Assembly: GCA_030390025.1 (NCBI GenBank)
Contig: CM059432.1
Coordinates: 123,568,001 to 123,632,000 of the forward strand
DNA: 64,000 bases
From: Squalus acanthias
Lineage: Eukaryota
Reading direction: 5' to 3'
Shown here: one piece after another, positions 39,625-51,147 of the stretch
How the letters are laid out: the number at the start of each line of letters is the position of its first letter
How positions within the stretch are numbered: position 1 is the stretch's first letter
Program-made: the position numbers and the translations under genes
The notes under the pieces: generated by a model
The model's input: the letters and a program-made list of their open reading frames with translations, nothing else
Database searches by the model: none
What the model was told of the DNA's origin: nothing

Positions 39625-40528
39625 GCAGCTCGAAGCTGTGATTTATTCCAGTGCTCCTTGCGTGACCCCCCCCCGGCCCCCGTCCCACTTTTTAGCCTTT
39701 CTTATTGGTCGGAGCCTTCCTTCGTCAAAAGCCACATTGATCAAGTCTACTTACAGTTATATTTCACTCACATTGCTCATACAGCAAAATTAAGCTCTTT
39801 AGCAGTAACTGTTCTGTGAGTGCCTATGCATTAACCCTTCAAACACTGAATCTGATCTTCTAACTTGCAGTATCTTAAATGGCTGTGGTTAAGGTGTACA
39901 GCATTCCATCATTAAGTGAGAAACCACTAGATTAGAATAGTAATGACTTGCTCTCGAAAGTTAAAGATGCTCATTGCTATTAACAATCTGTCACGAGCAA
40001 ACCATAACCACAGAGTCAGTTTTTTGGCCCCAACAGAAGCTGGTGTGGTTCCAAAGGCCACGTGTAGGATTGATGAATTAGCTGTGAGCTGCCCAACAGA
40101 AGCCAGTTGCCGGAGATAATCTCATCGAATCCGAGTGGAAGCTTCTCAGTCTGTTTGGGCCACTTTCGCTTTTCCTTTCGGTCAAATGAGTGTCGAAGGG
40201 AGCGCTGTGATTGGTAGTATGAATAACCAATTGCCTAATATTGTACCAAAGCAGAATGCTGTGGATGCTGGAAATCTGAAATGAAAACAGAAAATGCTGG
40301 AAACACTCAGCAGGTCAGGCAGCATCTGTGGAGAGAGAAACAGGGTTAACGTTTCAGGTCGATGACCTTTCGTCGGAACTGGCAGAAATGAGCAGAGCCA
40401 GCGAAAAGGCTAAGAACAAAAGGGAGAGGTCTCTGATAGGGTGGAGAGCAGGAGTGATGAAGTGACAAAAGTGATTATATTGCAAGGCAAAAGAGGTGAT
40501 TATGGGACACTTATAGAAGCAAAAGAAA

Positions 40529-40721
40529 TGATGTGGCGATGCCGGTGTTGGACTGGGGTGGACAAATGTGAGAAGTCGCACAACACCAGGTTATAGTCCA
40601 ACAGCTGTGCTGTGCCTATATGCATCTCTTCACTTCACCTGACGAAGGGGCAGCAGCTCCGAAAGCTTGTGATTTCAAATAAAGCTGTTGGGCTATAACC
40701 TGGTGTTGTGCGACTTCTCAC
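40529..40721 (+). mobile_element. 193-bp Penelope-derived mini insertion with 39-bp inverted repeat and 12-bp TSD
   Basis: AAGCAAAAGAAA at 40517-40528 and 40722-40733; IR 40568-40606 / 40683-40721. Confidence 0.85.
40635..40672 (+). ncRNA. Minimal type I hammerhead ribozyme motif
   Basis: TCAC-CTGACGA-A-GGGGC-agca-GCTCC-GAAA-GC-TT-GTGA. Confidence 0.75.
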
Positions 40722-40984
40722 AAGCAAAAGAAAGGTCTAGAGGAGGTGTAAATGGTTACAACAGAATAGCAGAGGGGAGGGAAGCATGGAAAATCTAGTG
40801 AAGAAGAGAAGGCTCCCGAGGACCGGGAATATGGCGGAGAAAGGTGGGTAGACCCCAGGGGTGCAGACTACGTTGCCGGCCATGTTTAGGGGATCTCCAC
40901 TCCAAGCACCAGCCTATGCCTGCTCCACTCCCAGTGGCTCTGGCGCAGCCATCCTCCATTACCAGCACATGCTGGCCAAGAGAA

Positions 40985-41165
40985 AATGGGAGCGTCTTTC
41001 GGATGAGATATTAAACTGTCTGCCCTCTCAGGTGGATGTTAAAAATTGCACGGCACTACTGAAAGAGAGCGGGGGAGTTCTCCCAGTGTCTTGGTCAATA
41101 TTTATCCCTCAACCAACAGAACTAAAACAGATTATCTGGTCATTTATCTCATTGCTGTTTGTGGG
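40985..41165 (+). mobile_element. Deu-type SINE internal fragment
   Basis: GTCTTTCGGATGAGATATTAAAC..CCCTCTCAGGTGGATG..CAATATTTATCCCTCAACCAAC. Confidence 0.65.
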
Positions 41166-43740
41166 ACATAGGACATAGGAACAGGAGTAGGCCATTCAGC
41201 CCCTTGAGCCCGTTCCACCATTCATTGAGATTGGGGCTGAACTGTATCTTAGCTCCATCCACCCGCCTTGGTACCATATCCATTTATACCTTTGTGTTGC
41301 AAAAATCTAGCGATCTCAGATTTAAAATGATTGATTGAGCTAGCAACTACTGTTTTTTTGTGGGAGAGGGTTGCACACTTCTACCACCGTTTGTGTGAAG
41401 AAGTGTTTCCTAACTTCTCTCCTGAATGGCCTGGCTCTGATTTTAAGGTTATGTCCCCTTGTCCCAGACTCCCCCACCAGAAAATGTTTTCTCCACCACC
41501 TTATCAATTCCTTTCAAAATCCTAAAAACCTCAATTAAATCACTCCTTAACCTTCTATATTCCAGGGAATACAAGGCTAGTTTATGTAATCTCTCCTCAT
41601 AATTTAACCCTTGGAGCCCTGGTAACATTCTGGTGAATCTGCGCTACACTCGTTCCAAGGCCAATATATCCTTTCTAAGGTGCAGTGCCCAGAACTGTAC
41701 AGTCCTCTAGATGTGGTCTAATCAGGGCTTTGTATAGCTGTAGCAAAACTTCCTCCCCCCCCTTTCATATTCTAGCCCTTTAGTTATAATTAGCCTGTTT
41801 GATTATTTTATGTATCTGACTACTACATTTTAGTGAACTGTGCACATGGATCCCTGAATCTCTTTGGACCTCCACTGCTCCTCGCTTTTCATAATTTAAA
41901 TAATATTTGGATCTATCCTTTTTTGATCCAAAATGGATGACCTCACATTTACCTGCACTGAAATCCATCAGCAACAGTTTTGCCCACTCACTTAATCTAT
42001 CAATGTCTCTTTGTAATGTTATGCTCTACACTACTTACTATACCACCAATCTTTGTGTCATCAGCAAACTGGACATAAGGCTCTCTATTGTACTATCTGA
42101 GTTATAAATAAATAAAGTGAATAGTTGAGGCCCCAGCACAGATCCTTGTGGGACACCATTAGTCAATTCCTTCCAATTCAAATACATACCCATTATCCCT
42201 ACTCTCTGTCTTCTCCCGCCTAACCAATTTTCTAACCAGGTCAATAATTTGCCTTCAATTCCATGAGCTTTAATTTTAGCTGACAGTCTCTTATGTGGAA
42301 CCTTATTCAATGCCTTCTGGAAGTCCCCAGACAGTCCCCTGTCTACTACTTTAGTTACTTCCTCAAAAAATTCAATTAAGTTCATTAGACATGACCTACC
42401 CTTTACAAATCCATGTTGGCCCTCTCTAATCAGTTCAAATTTCTCTAAGTGCTCAGTCACTTTGTCCTTAATTATAAACTCTAATAACTTTCCCACAACA
42501 GATGTTAGACTAACAGGTCTATAATTTCCTGGTTTCTCTCTCACCTTTCTTCAATAATGGAATTACATTTGCAATTTTCCAATCTAAAGGGGCACTTCCT
42601 GAATCGAGAGCTTTGGAAGATTATGGCTAAAGCATGTGTAATGGCCACCATGTCATACACTCTAAGCTGTATTTGTGTCTCTAATTCACTCAATTTATTT
42701 CTTATACTCCGTGTGTTAGTATATAAAACTCTTATTTGGGCAAACTGCCCTTCTGCTCTGATGCTACCTTTCCCACACCGTTTTACATAGGATTACATAG
42801 GATATACGGCATAGAAACAGGCCATTTGGCCCAACCAGTCCATGCCGGCGTTTATGCTCCACTCGAGCCTCCTCCAGTCTTTCCTCATCTAAATCTATCA
42901 GCATAACCCTCTATTCCCTTCTCCCTCATATGCTTGTCCAGCCTCCCCTTAAATGCATCTGTACTATTCGCTTCAACCACTCCCTGTGGCAGCGAGTTCC
43001 ACATTCTCACCACTCTTTGGGTAAAGAAGTTTCTTCTGAATTCGCTATTGGATTTCTTGGTGACTATCTTATATTGATGGCCTCTAGTTATGCTCTTTCC
43101 CACAAGTGGAAACACTCTCTCTGTATCAATCTATCAAAACCTTTCATAATTTTAAAGACCTCTATTAGGTCACCCCTCAGCCTTCTTTTTTCAAGAGAAA
43201 AGAGACCCAGCCTGTTCATCCTTTCCTGATATGTATTCCCTCGCATTTCTGGTATCATCCTTGTAACGTATTTAACATAATACAGTCCTTATTTGTCACT
43301 CCTGCTGTAACTACTTTAGTTATTTGAGTATTCCCTTCACCTGGAGTATCTGTATTACCGTTTGTGACCTGAACTCTGCTCTTATCCCTTTTACTATAAT
43401 TTTTACTACTGTTTGTGACTGAGCCCTACTCCCCACCCCCATTTATTAGATTAAAGTCCTATGTACCACCCTATTTATCCTTTCCAATAGAACCTTTGTC
43501 TTGGCCCAGTTCATGTGCAGCTCGTCCCAATTGTACACCTCCCTCCTGTCCCAGTACTGATGCCACTGTCCATGAAATGGAATCCCTCCTTCTCACGCCA
43601 CTCCTTTAGCTACGTGTTCACCTGTTTATCCTTGTGCCAATTAGCACGTGGCTCAGGTAATAATCCTGAGATTACCACCCTTGGGGTCCTGCTTTTTAAT
43701 TAAGCTCCTAACTCCTGATAGTCCCTCAGCAGAACCTCCT
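41165..43740 (-). mobile_element. Older, internally deleted CR1 (ORF1 end, RT, 3' UTR) with a younger CR1 fragment nested at 42783-43262
   Basis: REKPGNYRPVSLTSVVGK..GVPQGSVLGP (42038..42544); 43430-43740 resembles the ORF1 esterase end at 16560-16860. Confidence 0.85.
42783..43262 (-). mobile_element. CR1 LINE 3' fragment
   Basis: FPLVGKSITRGHQYKI..RNFFTQRVVRMWNSLP; (atgtaatcct)-type tail. Confidence 0.9.
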
Positions 43741-43754
43741 CATTGCTGCGTCCA

Positions 43755-43883
43755 CATTGGCTGCCGCGTTTCCTACATTACAACAGTGGCTACACTTCAA
43801 AAATACTTAATTGATTGTAAAGCGCTTTGGGACATCTTAAGGTCGTGAAAGGTGCTATATAAATACAAGTTATTTCTTTCTTT
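43755..43883 (+). mobile_element. Deu-type SINE 3' tail
   Basis: TTGGCTGCCGCGTTTCCTACATTACAACAGTG..GAAAGGTGCTATATAAATACAAG. Confidence 0.75.
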
Positions 43884-43884
43884 A

Positions 43885-44455
43885 AGGTCTAAAGTTGTTA
43901 AACTCAATGTTAAGACTGGAAGGCTGTAAAGTGCCTAATAGAAAGTTGAGGTGCTGTTCCTCAAGCTTGCGTTCAGTTTCACTGGAACAGTGTAGCAGGC
44001 CAAGGACAGAGAGGTCAGAGTGGAAGTGGGATGGAGAATTCAAGTGGCACGCGACCGGAAGCTCGTGCTTGTAGACTGAATGGAACTGTTCAGCAAAACG
44101 ATCACCCAGTCTACGTTTGGTCTCCCCAGTGTACAGGAGACCTGCATCGTGAGCAACGATTACACTATACTAAGTTGGAAGAAGTACAAGTAAATCGCTG
44201 TCTCACCTGGAAGGAGTGTTTGGTGCCCTGGATGGTGGGAAGGGAGGAGATAAAAGAACAGGTGGTGCATCTCCTGTGCTCGCATGGGAAGGTGCCGGAC
44301 GAAGGGAAGCGGGTGTTGGGGGTGATGGAAGAGATGACCAATGTGTCGCGGAGGGAATGCTGAAAGGGGAGGGGAGGGGAAGATGTGTTTGGTGGTGGCA
44401 TCGCACTGGAGGTGGCGGAAATGTTGATGGATGATCCGTCGAATGCAGAAGCTGA
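43885..44455 (-). pseudogene. Penelope-like retroelement GIY-YIG endonuclease remnant
   Basis: SLRDTLV..GTFPCEHRRCTTC..FQVRQRFTCTSSNLV*CNRCSRC..ETKRRLGDRFAE, matching the PLE cysteine-rich linker and GIY-YIG region. Confidence 0.85.
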
Positions 44456-46268
44456 TGGGACTCCCATATTATATCTAATATTGTATGCAAATTTCAATTT
44501 CCATTTACTGATGCAAATGGGCAAGATGTGTGTGGGGCCACTTGAAAACCATAGTTAATCTTGGCAACAGCTCTGCTACAGCCATAGTCCTATTTTCCCA
44601 CCTGCGGGCAATGTAATGTTTAGATATAAGAGTACTAAATATAGTAATTCATTCTCTAAAAGAACAATGTAGGGAGGTGCCGTACATTTCAACACTTGTA
44701 ACTTATCCTGTTTTGCTCGAAATTGTATTTTAATGAAACTTATTGCAATTAAGATGTATGTGTGGTTTTTAAATTCCTTTCCTGGAGAACATAGGAAAAA
44801 TAGAGCGACCATGTTTGTTTTCTGAACAGAATGTTTGATGTTCTGAGGAACTGTAGGTGAGTACCAACACTGGAATGTGATGGTGGCACAGATACCTCTT
44901 CCTCAGCCGATATCTTCTGAAGTCTACAGTGCTATATTTTAGATTTTGTATCCAGACAGTTTTATTAATAATCTTACTTATTTTTTAATCAAGTTCCACG
45001 ACGATTTTGTAAAAATTATGCGGGACCAAGTATTGTAAGTTAGAACATAGCCTCTGAAAATCCATATGACTGCTCTGCTAGTGCAAGGGCTGGAGAGCGT
45101 GCCCCCACATTGGGGACCACTACTCCAGGCACCACCGAAGTTGAGGGAGGTCACCCCAATTGACATCCAAGAGGCGGGCACCTGCACCACTCTGGGCTTA
45201 GCTTGGGTGCCTGGCTGAGAAGTGGCGTGGAAAAAGCAGCACCGCCTGGCTGCTTGCTGACATGCCAGTGCCACTGGCCAAGAAGAGCGCAAATAATCTA
45301 CCCCATTGGCCCCATTTGTAAGACGGCCAAAAAGAAAGAATAATGGCAAAGGCTTTTGAGGGGTCCAAAATTCCTGTAGGCCCGGTTGTTCACAGTGTAC
45401 CAGCACAAGGCGGAATGCAGGCCAGGGACAGAAAATTCCCAGCATCCAAACCCCCTCCTCCTGGCTCCACCTGCTGTTATGGGCCATATTTGAGAAGGAT
45501 GAAAGTTCTGCCCCAAGGAGGACCTGCTGGAAACTGGCAGACAAGCCCGGGGCCTGGTGTATCTAGGTCCCGGCCGTGTTCCCACCTCCAACTGCTGCAC
45601 TCCTAGCCAACCTACGGCAGAAGTGTGCCAAAAGCCCTGTGTGTTTTCAGGGCCACTGTCTTTTCATTTCTGGCCTGGGTTTGAATACAGTCCAGACCGT
45701 TGGGTCCAAAGTCTCCACTTTTTGTTTACTGCAAGAGTCCTAAGAAAAATGAGCATAGGCCATCTCAATCCAGTGCCTGATGGACCCAAGTCCCCAATCA
45801 CTCAACACTAGTTGGCACCAAATTAGCAAACTGACCCAGACAGGCATGGTCAGTATTAGAAATGGAACAACAAGACAAATTCAGTAGAGGTTGCTGTCTC
45901 ACATCTCCTAACAACATGATCATGGTGGAATAAGAATAGTAAAAGCTGGAAAAACACAGCAGGCCAATCAGCATCTGTCAAGAGAAAAAGCAGGTTTTGT
46001 GTTTGTACCCTTCATCGGACCGTTCAGAATGGTATTGGAAGAAATTTGGGAGCAAGCTTCCCACTATTAACCCTCTCTGCCACTCAAGAGTATATATAGT
46101 CTGGGAATACTAGGGGAAAAACACAATTAAATACCCCACCTGGCAAAGCAGATTGCTATAGTACCACTTTATCCTCACACTAAAGGGAAGGGTTAGTGTT
46201 TCAGCAGAAGAGTGACTATTCATGAAGCATTATCAGTTTAAAAATATTTGGGTTCTGACAGAAATATT

Positions 46269-47184
46269 GGGCTGAATTTTAATGGGGAAGGCGGGTTGGG
46301 AGCAGGGGGTTCCGAAGCGGTCGGGAAACCCGGGGGAACAGGTTTCCCGCAAGCCTTGCCGAATTTAACGGCAGCGCCTGATTTGCATGGGAAACCTCTG
46401 CTCCCCACCTGCAGCCAGCCAGATTGAGACTAGGCCACAGAGAAGAGGGAAGGAGGGAGGGATCGTGTGGGAGCCGGAGGAGCACGGGGAGGGGTCAGAA
46501 ACGATCGGGCTTGGAGGAGCGGGGGGGCGGTTAGGGAACGATCGGAGGCTGGAGGAGTGGCGGGGGGGTGGGGGGGTGTGCGGAGGAACAGGGGGGATCG
46601 GCAATGATCGGGGGGCCAGAGCACCAGATCGGTGGCCGGAGCAACAGATTGGGGGCCGGAGGAGCACAGAGGGGCCAGAAGGAGTGGAGGGGGGAGGGGG
46701 GGGAGGCAGACGACATCGGGGAGCCGGAGAAGCATGTGGCGGGGCTGTGGGGGGGGCGGGGGGGGTTGGGGGCGGGTGGGAGGCCTATTGGCGGGGGTTA
46801 GAGGCCTGGGGGGGGTCTCCAATCGCAGGGGGTGGGTTAGGCAGGGACGCTGGATCCAGGAGGTAAGTGTAAAGGCACATACCTCCTGGATCCAGCAGTC
46901 CTCGCCTTACTTTAGCTGGCGGGTTTCACGAGGCCTGCAAAATCCGACCAGATAAAGTTAAGTTCAAAGTGAAGGTTAAAGCAGAGGGCTTCCGGCCTCA
47001 TTATAATACTTAAATGGCCGACCCGGCTCCTGGGAGTGGGTTAGCTGCCTGCCCCCATCCTGCCTCCATTAAAACCGGAAGTGGGTGGGTTGGAGTCAGG
47101 TTCTGGTCGGGATTCAGATTTTTAACACTTTAACTACCCACCTGACCCCAACCCACACGTTAAACTTAGGTTAAAATTCCCCCC
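46269..47184. mobile_element. PIF/Harbinger-type MITE with a G-rich repetitive core
   Basis: TIR GGGCTGAATTTTAA / TTAAAATTCCCCCC (2 mismatches), 3-bp TSD ATT; internal CGATCGG/GGAGCCGGAGGAGCA repeats. Confidence 0.8.
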
Positions 47185-47850
47185 ATTGAGTGTCATTGTT
47201 GTTGGATAGGAAGGCATCTCAAAATGATGAGAGATGTATTAATATTAATTTTGACTGGGTTTTCCTCCTTGGCAGTAACACAGTGCAGTGTTATCACCAG
47301 ATTCTGGATTTTTTTTATCTTGGTAGGGGTTACAATTTTTGCAGATTTTCCCCAACTGTCAGACCAATGGTGAGAGACCAGTTCGGGTTAAAGCAAGTCA
47401 GTCAGTACAGCTTCCAATCCGTCACACAATTACTTAATTTTAATAATGATGATGCAGAAGAGACAGGCAGAGCTTAGTTTAATCTCTGTACTATTTTTTT
47501 CCCCCTCTTTCAGGATATTGCTCTGGGGAAAAGAAATATACAGTTTTCACTTGCAATAATCGAAGATGGGAAAAAATTGCAGCAGGAGATTTACCATCAG
47601 GGGTATCGCACTGCTGCCTGCCAGGAAAGAAATCTCAGCTTACATTGTTTATTTTTATTTCTCATTCTCCTTCCTATTTTCTCTCCTTATGCCTCGTGTC
47701 GTCGAAGTGGTGACTGATGGTGAAATCAGGTGGCAGTGCCGCTCTGCTATCTAGCCCAAATCCCCATTCTTCATTGGACGGTGAACTATCTGATAATGAA
47801 GAGATCAGGGACTAACTGGATAGTAGGAGCGCTGCCGAGTACCATCAACA

Positions 47851-49305
47851 GCCCACCCTTAACCTTTGGCACCAAATTAGCAAGTAGGCATAGCTCCAGT
47901 TTATAGAGAGGTCAGTATGCTCTAAAGTCAATGATGTGCGAAGAAGTTGCCAAGAGGATGCACCCATGGTGCGTGTTGCTAAGCAAATCTCATACATGAG
48001 CTAATCCTTTGTTCATCCAATGTCCACTCACATGTTTTTCAGTAGCATTTTCCCCTTGCCTATCTGGGGACACCGAGACCGATTGTAGTTGAACAAATTT
48101 GTATATTTACTCTCTGGTCCTTCAGGAATAGGTTTATAATCTTTAAATGGTAATAACAGATGCCCTGCGAATGGCTGCAGGGGTGGAATTAAGTTGGTCT
48201 TGGCTAGCTGGTAGTGTTGCTGATGAGAAGTGGTGGTAGTATCCAAAGGGGAAGTAATCAGGACCTTTGGGATGGAAGTCACAACAATCAAGGAAAAGGA
48301 GAAGAGAGGGAAGCAATGGTCAGTGGATGGGCCTGGATATGGAGAACAAGGTGTCAGAAGAGGCTAGTTTAGGCTGTGGGTCAGCTGTTGTTCAACAACA
48401 TAATCTACTTAATATCATATCCCATTTATCATAAATATGAACAGAAAATTGAACATAAAATTAAGAAAAGAAAGAAAGAAGCTGCATTTATATGGCACCG
48501 TCAGGATCACAGGACATCCCAAAGCCCTTCACAGTCAATGAATTATTTTTGAAGTTTGGTCACTTGTAATGTAGGGAAATGTGGCAGCCAACCTGCTCAC
48601 AGCAGGCTCCCGCAAACAGCAATCTGTTTTTTAGTGATGTTGGTTGAAGGATAAATATTGGCCAGGACACTAGGAGAACTGCCCTCCTGATCTTCGAATA
48701 GTGCCATGGGATTTTTTACTTCTACCCGAGAGGGCAGATGGGACCTTGGTTTAATGTCTCATCTGAAAGACGGCACCTCTGACAGTGCAGCACTCCCTCA
48801 GCGCTGCACTGAAGTGTCAGCTTGGATTATGGTCCCAAATTCTGGAGTAGGACTTATATAGGGAATGTGTTTGACCAAGAAGTACAAAGCCATTACTTGA
48901 CCTTTCAAATTTTATTTTCACTCCTTTATCCAACAATGCCCAGGCTTCTATATAAACGCCAGCTGAGTCACCGCCCAATTACTCATACAGTGCCTTCAGC
49001 GCCTTAGTCATTGCTTCTACAAGCGATGCAAATCAAGAGTCTGTGATCCATCTGGGTTGGATGATGATCCTAGGAAACTGGAGATCTGTGATTAACAGGA
49101 GCACTTCCCCAATACAACCCTTTCAGCAACTGCCCACCTTTAACTCTTTCAGGCTGTTGTGGTATTTTGGTACCACACCAACAAGCAGGCAGAGGGCCAG
49201 TTTATAGAGAGGTCAGTATGTTCTGAAGTCAGTGATGTGGTAAGAAGTTGCTAAGAGAATATTGCCGTATCAGGACAGTCTGTGTTGCTAAGCAAATGTC
49301 ATAAA
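47851..49305. repeat. Diverged local direct repeat of a non-coding module (47851-47995 and 49131-49304)
   Basis: Shared CCAGTTTATAGAGAGGTCAGTATG, TGATGTG..AAGAAGTTGC, TGTTGCTAAGCAAAT. Confidence 0.8.
48467..48855 (-). mobile_element. Deu-type tRNA SINE lacking most of the head
   Basis: Colinear with 1697-2070. Confidence 0.8.
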
Positions 49306-50954
49306 TTCCCAGCTGCTAAGCTAACAATGTGATAGTGGTTTTGTCCTTGAATTTGTCTTGACTGTTACACTGATTGCAATAGAGTAAAAAGTAATGTCAG
49401 CACATTCGATTATGACGATTGCAAACTGGAGATTAATGTGTGTGTATAATATTAAAAAATTGATCTAACTGTTTACTAGAATTTCAGCTATTTGGGCAAT
49501 ATGATCTGTCTCAGTTACACACAGAAGAATACACAGGCAGATGGGCAGGGACCATTGCAATGAGCCATGTGTGACATTTAATTTGTTAAATTTAAAGTTG
49601 TAAGCAATTTTGCAATTAAGTCAAAACAATAAAGCATAGGTTGTCAGGCCTTTGTTAAAATAACAAGATTGCTTTTCTTTTTTATTCCTCCTTTTTCTGC
49701 CAATTTTCGTCCCTTCCCCTCCCGAAGGCATTTGCTGGGGTATGGCAGCCAGGCACCATGCAGTGCCCTGTCCAAGCAGCTATTCATTGTGCGAGACATT
49801 GAGTGGTGGCAAGCTGCTGGACCGCGTGGCGCATCGCAGCCAAGCCTACCCTACCCTCACCCAACAATGTCATGTGTGAAATTCAGGCAGCAGGCAGCAG
49901 CAGTCAGCGTGCAGCAATCGGAAGCAGCAACCGTGGCAGATTCTCCCATCCCCATGGCATTTTCATACAGAAAAAGGTCAACAATTCACTGTGGACTTCT
50001 CCTGTGTTACATTTGGAGTCCAATGATTATTGTTACGTCGACAAATACAGCAACTATTCTGTGCCAGCAAAGTTCTGCAGAGATGAGATGAATCATCTGT
50101 TTTTTAGTGGTATTTTTTGAGGGAGAAAGTTTGTCCAAGACACCAAGACTCCTCCTTACTCTTCTTTGAGCATTCCCATGGATCGTTCACATCCACCTGA
50201 ACAGTTAGTAATTGTGTGCAAACCCAACAGTCTCCTTAATATCTTACACAATTGCTGGTTTATCGCTATATCAAGGCAATAACATTTATTTTAATTTGAT
50301 TCCAATTATCCCTTTATGGATAAATGCACCACAAGGCTGACTAGAAAGGATCTCGATTCAATCACTCGTCTGGTTCCACAGGTTGAATCTGGGATCTTGT
50401 TGGTTTGTGCTGTGTTAGCCACTTGCAATTGGGTAACTCCTGGGATTCCACGCATGTTGGAATAGGTGTTGGGTGAGGTGGGGTTCCAGTTTGGTTGTGA
50501 TGCTTGTAAGAAGAAAGCTGGACCAATAAATCTGTAAACCTTATCAAGGAACCTTAATTTAAAAAGGTACCAGACTACCTTTTAACTCCTTGCTGAAAAC
50601 AGTGTAAGGTTTACCACCCATGTGGAGGGATTATTAGATGCCTGAAATTAAGCGTGCCTGAATCATCATTCACCAAGCCAAATTACATTAACAACTCACA
50701 AACCAGCCTCCTTCATCCCATAAAACGGGTGCAACAAGGTCCGATTTCTGCCCAAGTATCTTTGAAAGGTTTCTCTTCAGTGTGAACTCCTTATTGCTTT
50801 CAACAAAATTCACCTCCAGCTAAGCAGACGGAAACTGTGCCTCAGTATCATCAGAATATAATTTCAATTTCTTGAAACTTCTACCACATTTTTTTCACCG
50901 TGCATAATCTTTTGCTTCTGTTTGGTGGAGAGATCCAATTCCGCCAAGTCGCTC

Positions 50955-51070
50955 AGAATGTTCTGGAATACTCCCAGGGAGCTTCGCGCCTTGTCGTGAA
51001 GATTCTGGAAAACACCCAGGGAGCTTTGCACCAGGCTCAAGGTTCTGGATATTCCCAAGCAGCTTTGCTA
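50955..51070. promoter_or_regulatory. Cluster of heat-shock-element-like motifs in three ~41-bp repeats
   Basis: aGAAtgTTCtgGAAt (50955-50969), tGAAgaTTCtgGAAa (50997-51011), degenerate CAAggTTCtgGAT (51038-51050). Confidence 0.55.
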
Positions 51071-51128
51071 ACTCGCAAGGAAGGGTGCGACACATGGGAC
51101 AGAGCCCGAACCTTGTGCAAAGCTGGTT

Positions 51129-51147
51129 AGCACGCCACCTGGTGGAA
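51129..51147 (-). promoter_or_regulatory. Candidate CTCF binding site
   Basis: Minus strand TTCCACCAGGTGGCGTGCT matches the core CCASYAGRKGGCR; GC box GGGGCGGGG about 13 bp away. Confidence 0.65.

Larger units (their letters stand above)
40254..40770 (-). mobile_element. Penelope-like terminal region with a mutated hammerhead motif at 40345-40380
   Basis: Minus strand GTT-CCGACGA-A-AGGTC-atc-GACCT-GAAA-CG-TT-AAC (core CUGA changed to CCGA); interrupted by the insert at 40529-40721. Confidence 0.7.

Noticed and set aside
44978..45811. GC-richer region with overlapping ORFs up to 188 aa
   Set aside because: No recognisable motifs; possibly a decayed element, but I cannot support a call.
46279..46955. 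Gly- and Pro-rich ORFs on both strands
   Set aside because: Produced by the low-complexity G-rich MITE core.
47920..48000. C/D box snoRNA reading of the repeated module
   Set aside because: Only a weak C-like box (ATGATGT), no conserved terminal CTGA and no closing stem in both copies.
50864..51130. Short ORFs with an internal repeat (SSLGVFQN twice)
   Set aside because: The 42-bp DNA repeat explains the peptide repeat; the third unit is offset by 40 bp and breaks the frame; no convincing splice sites.
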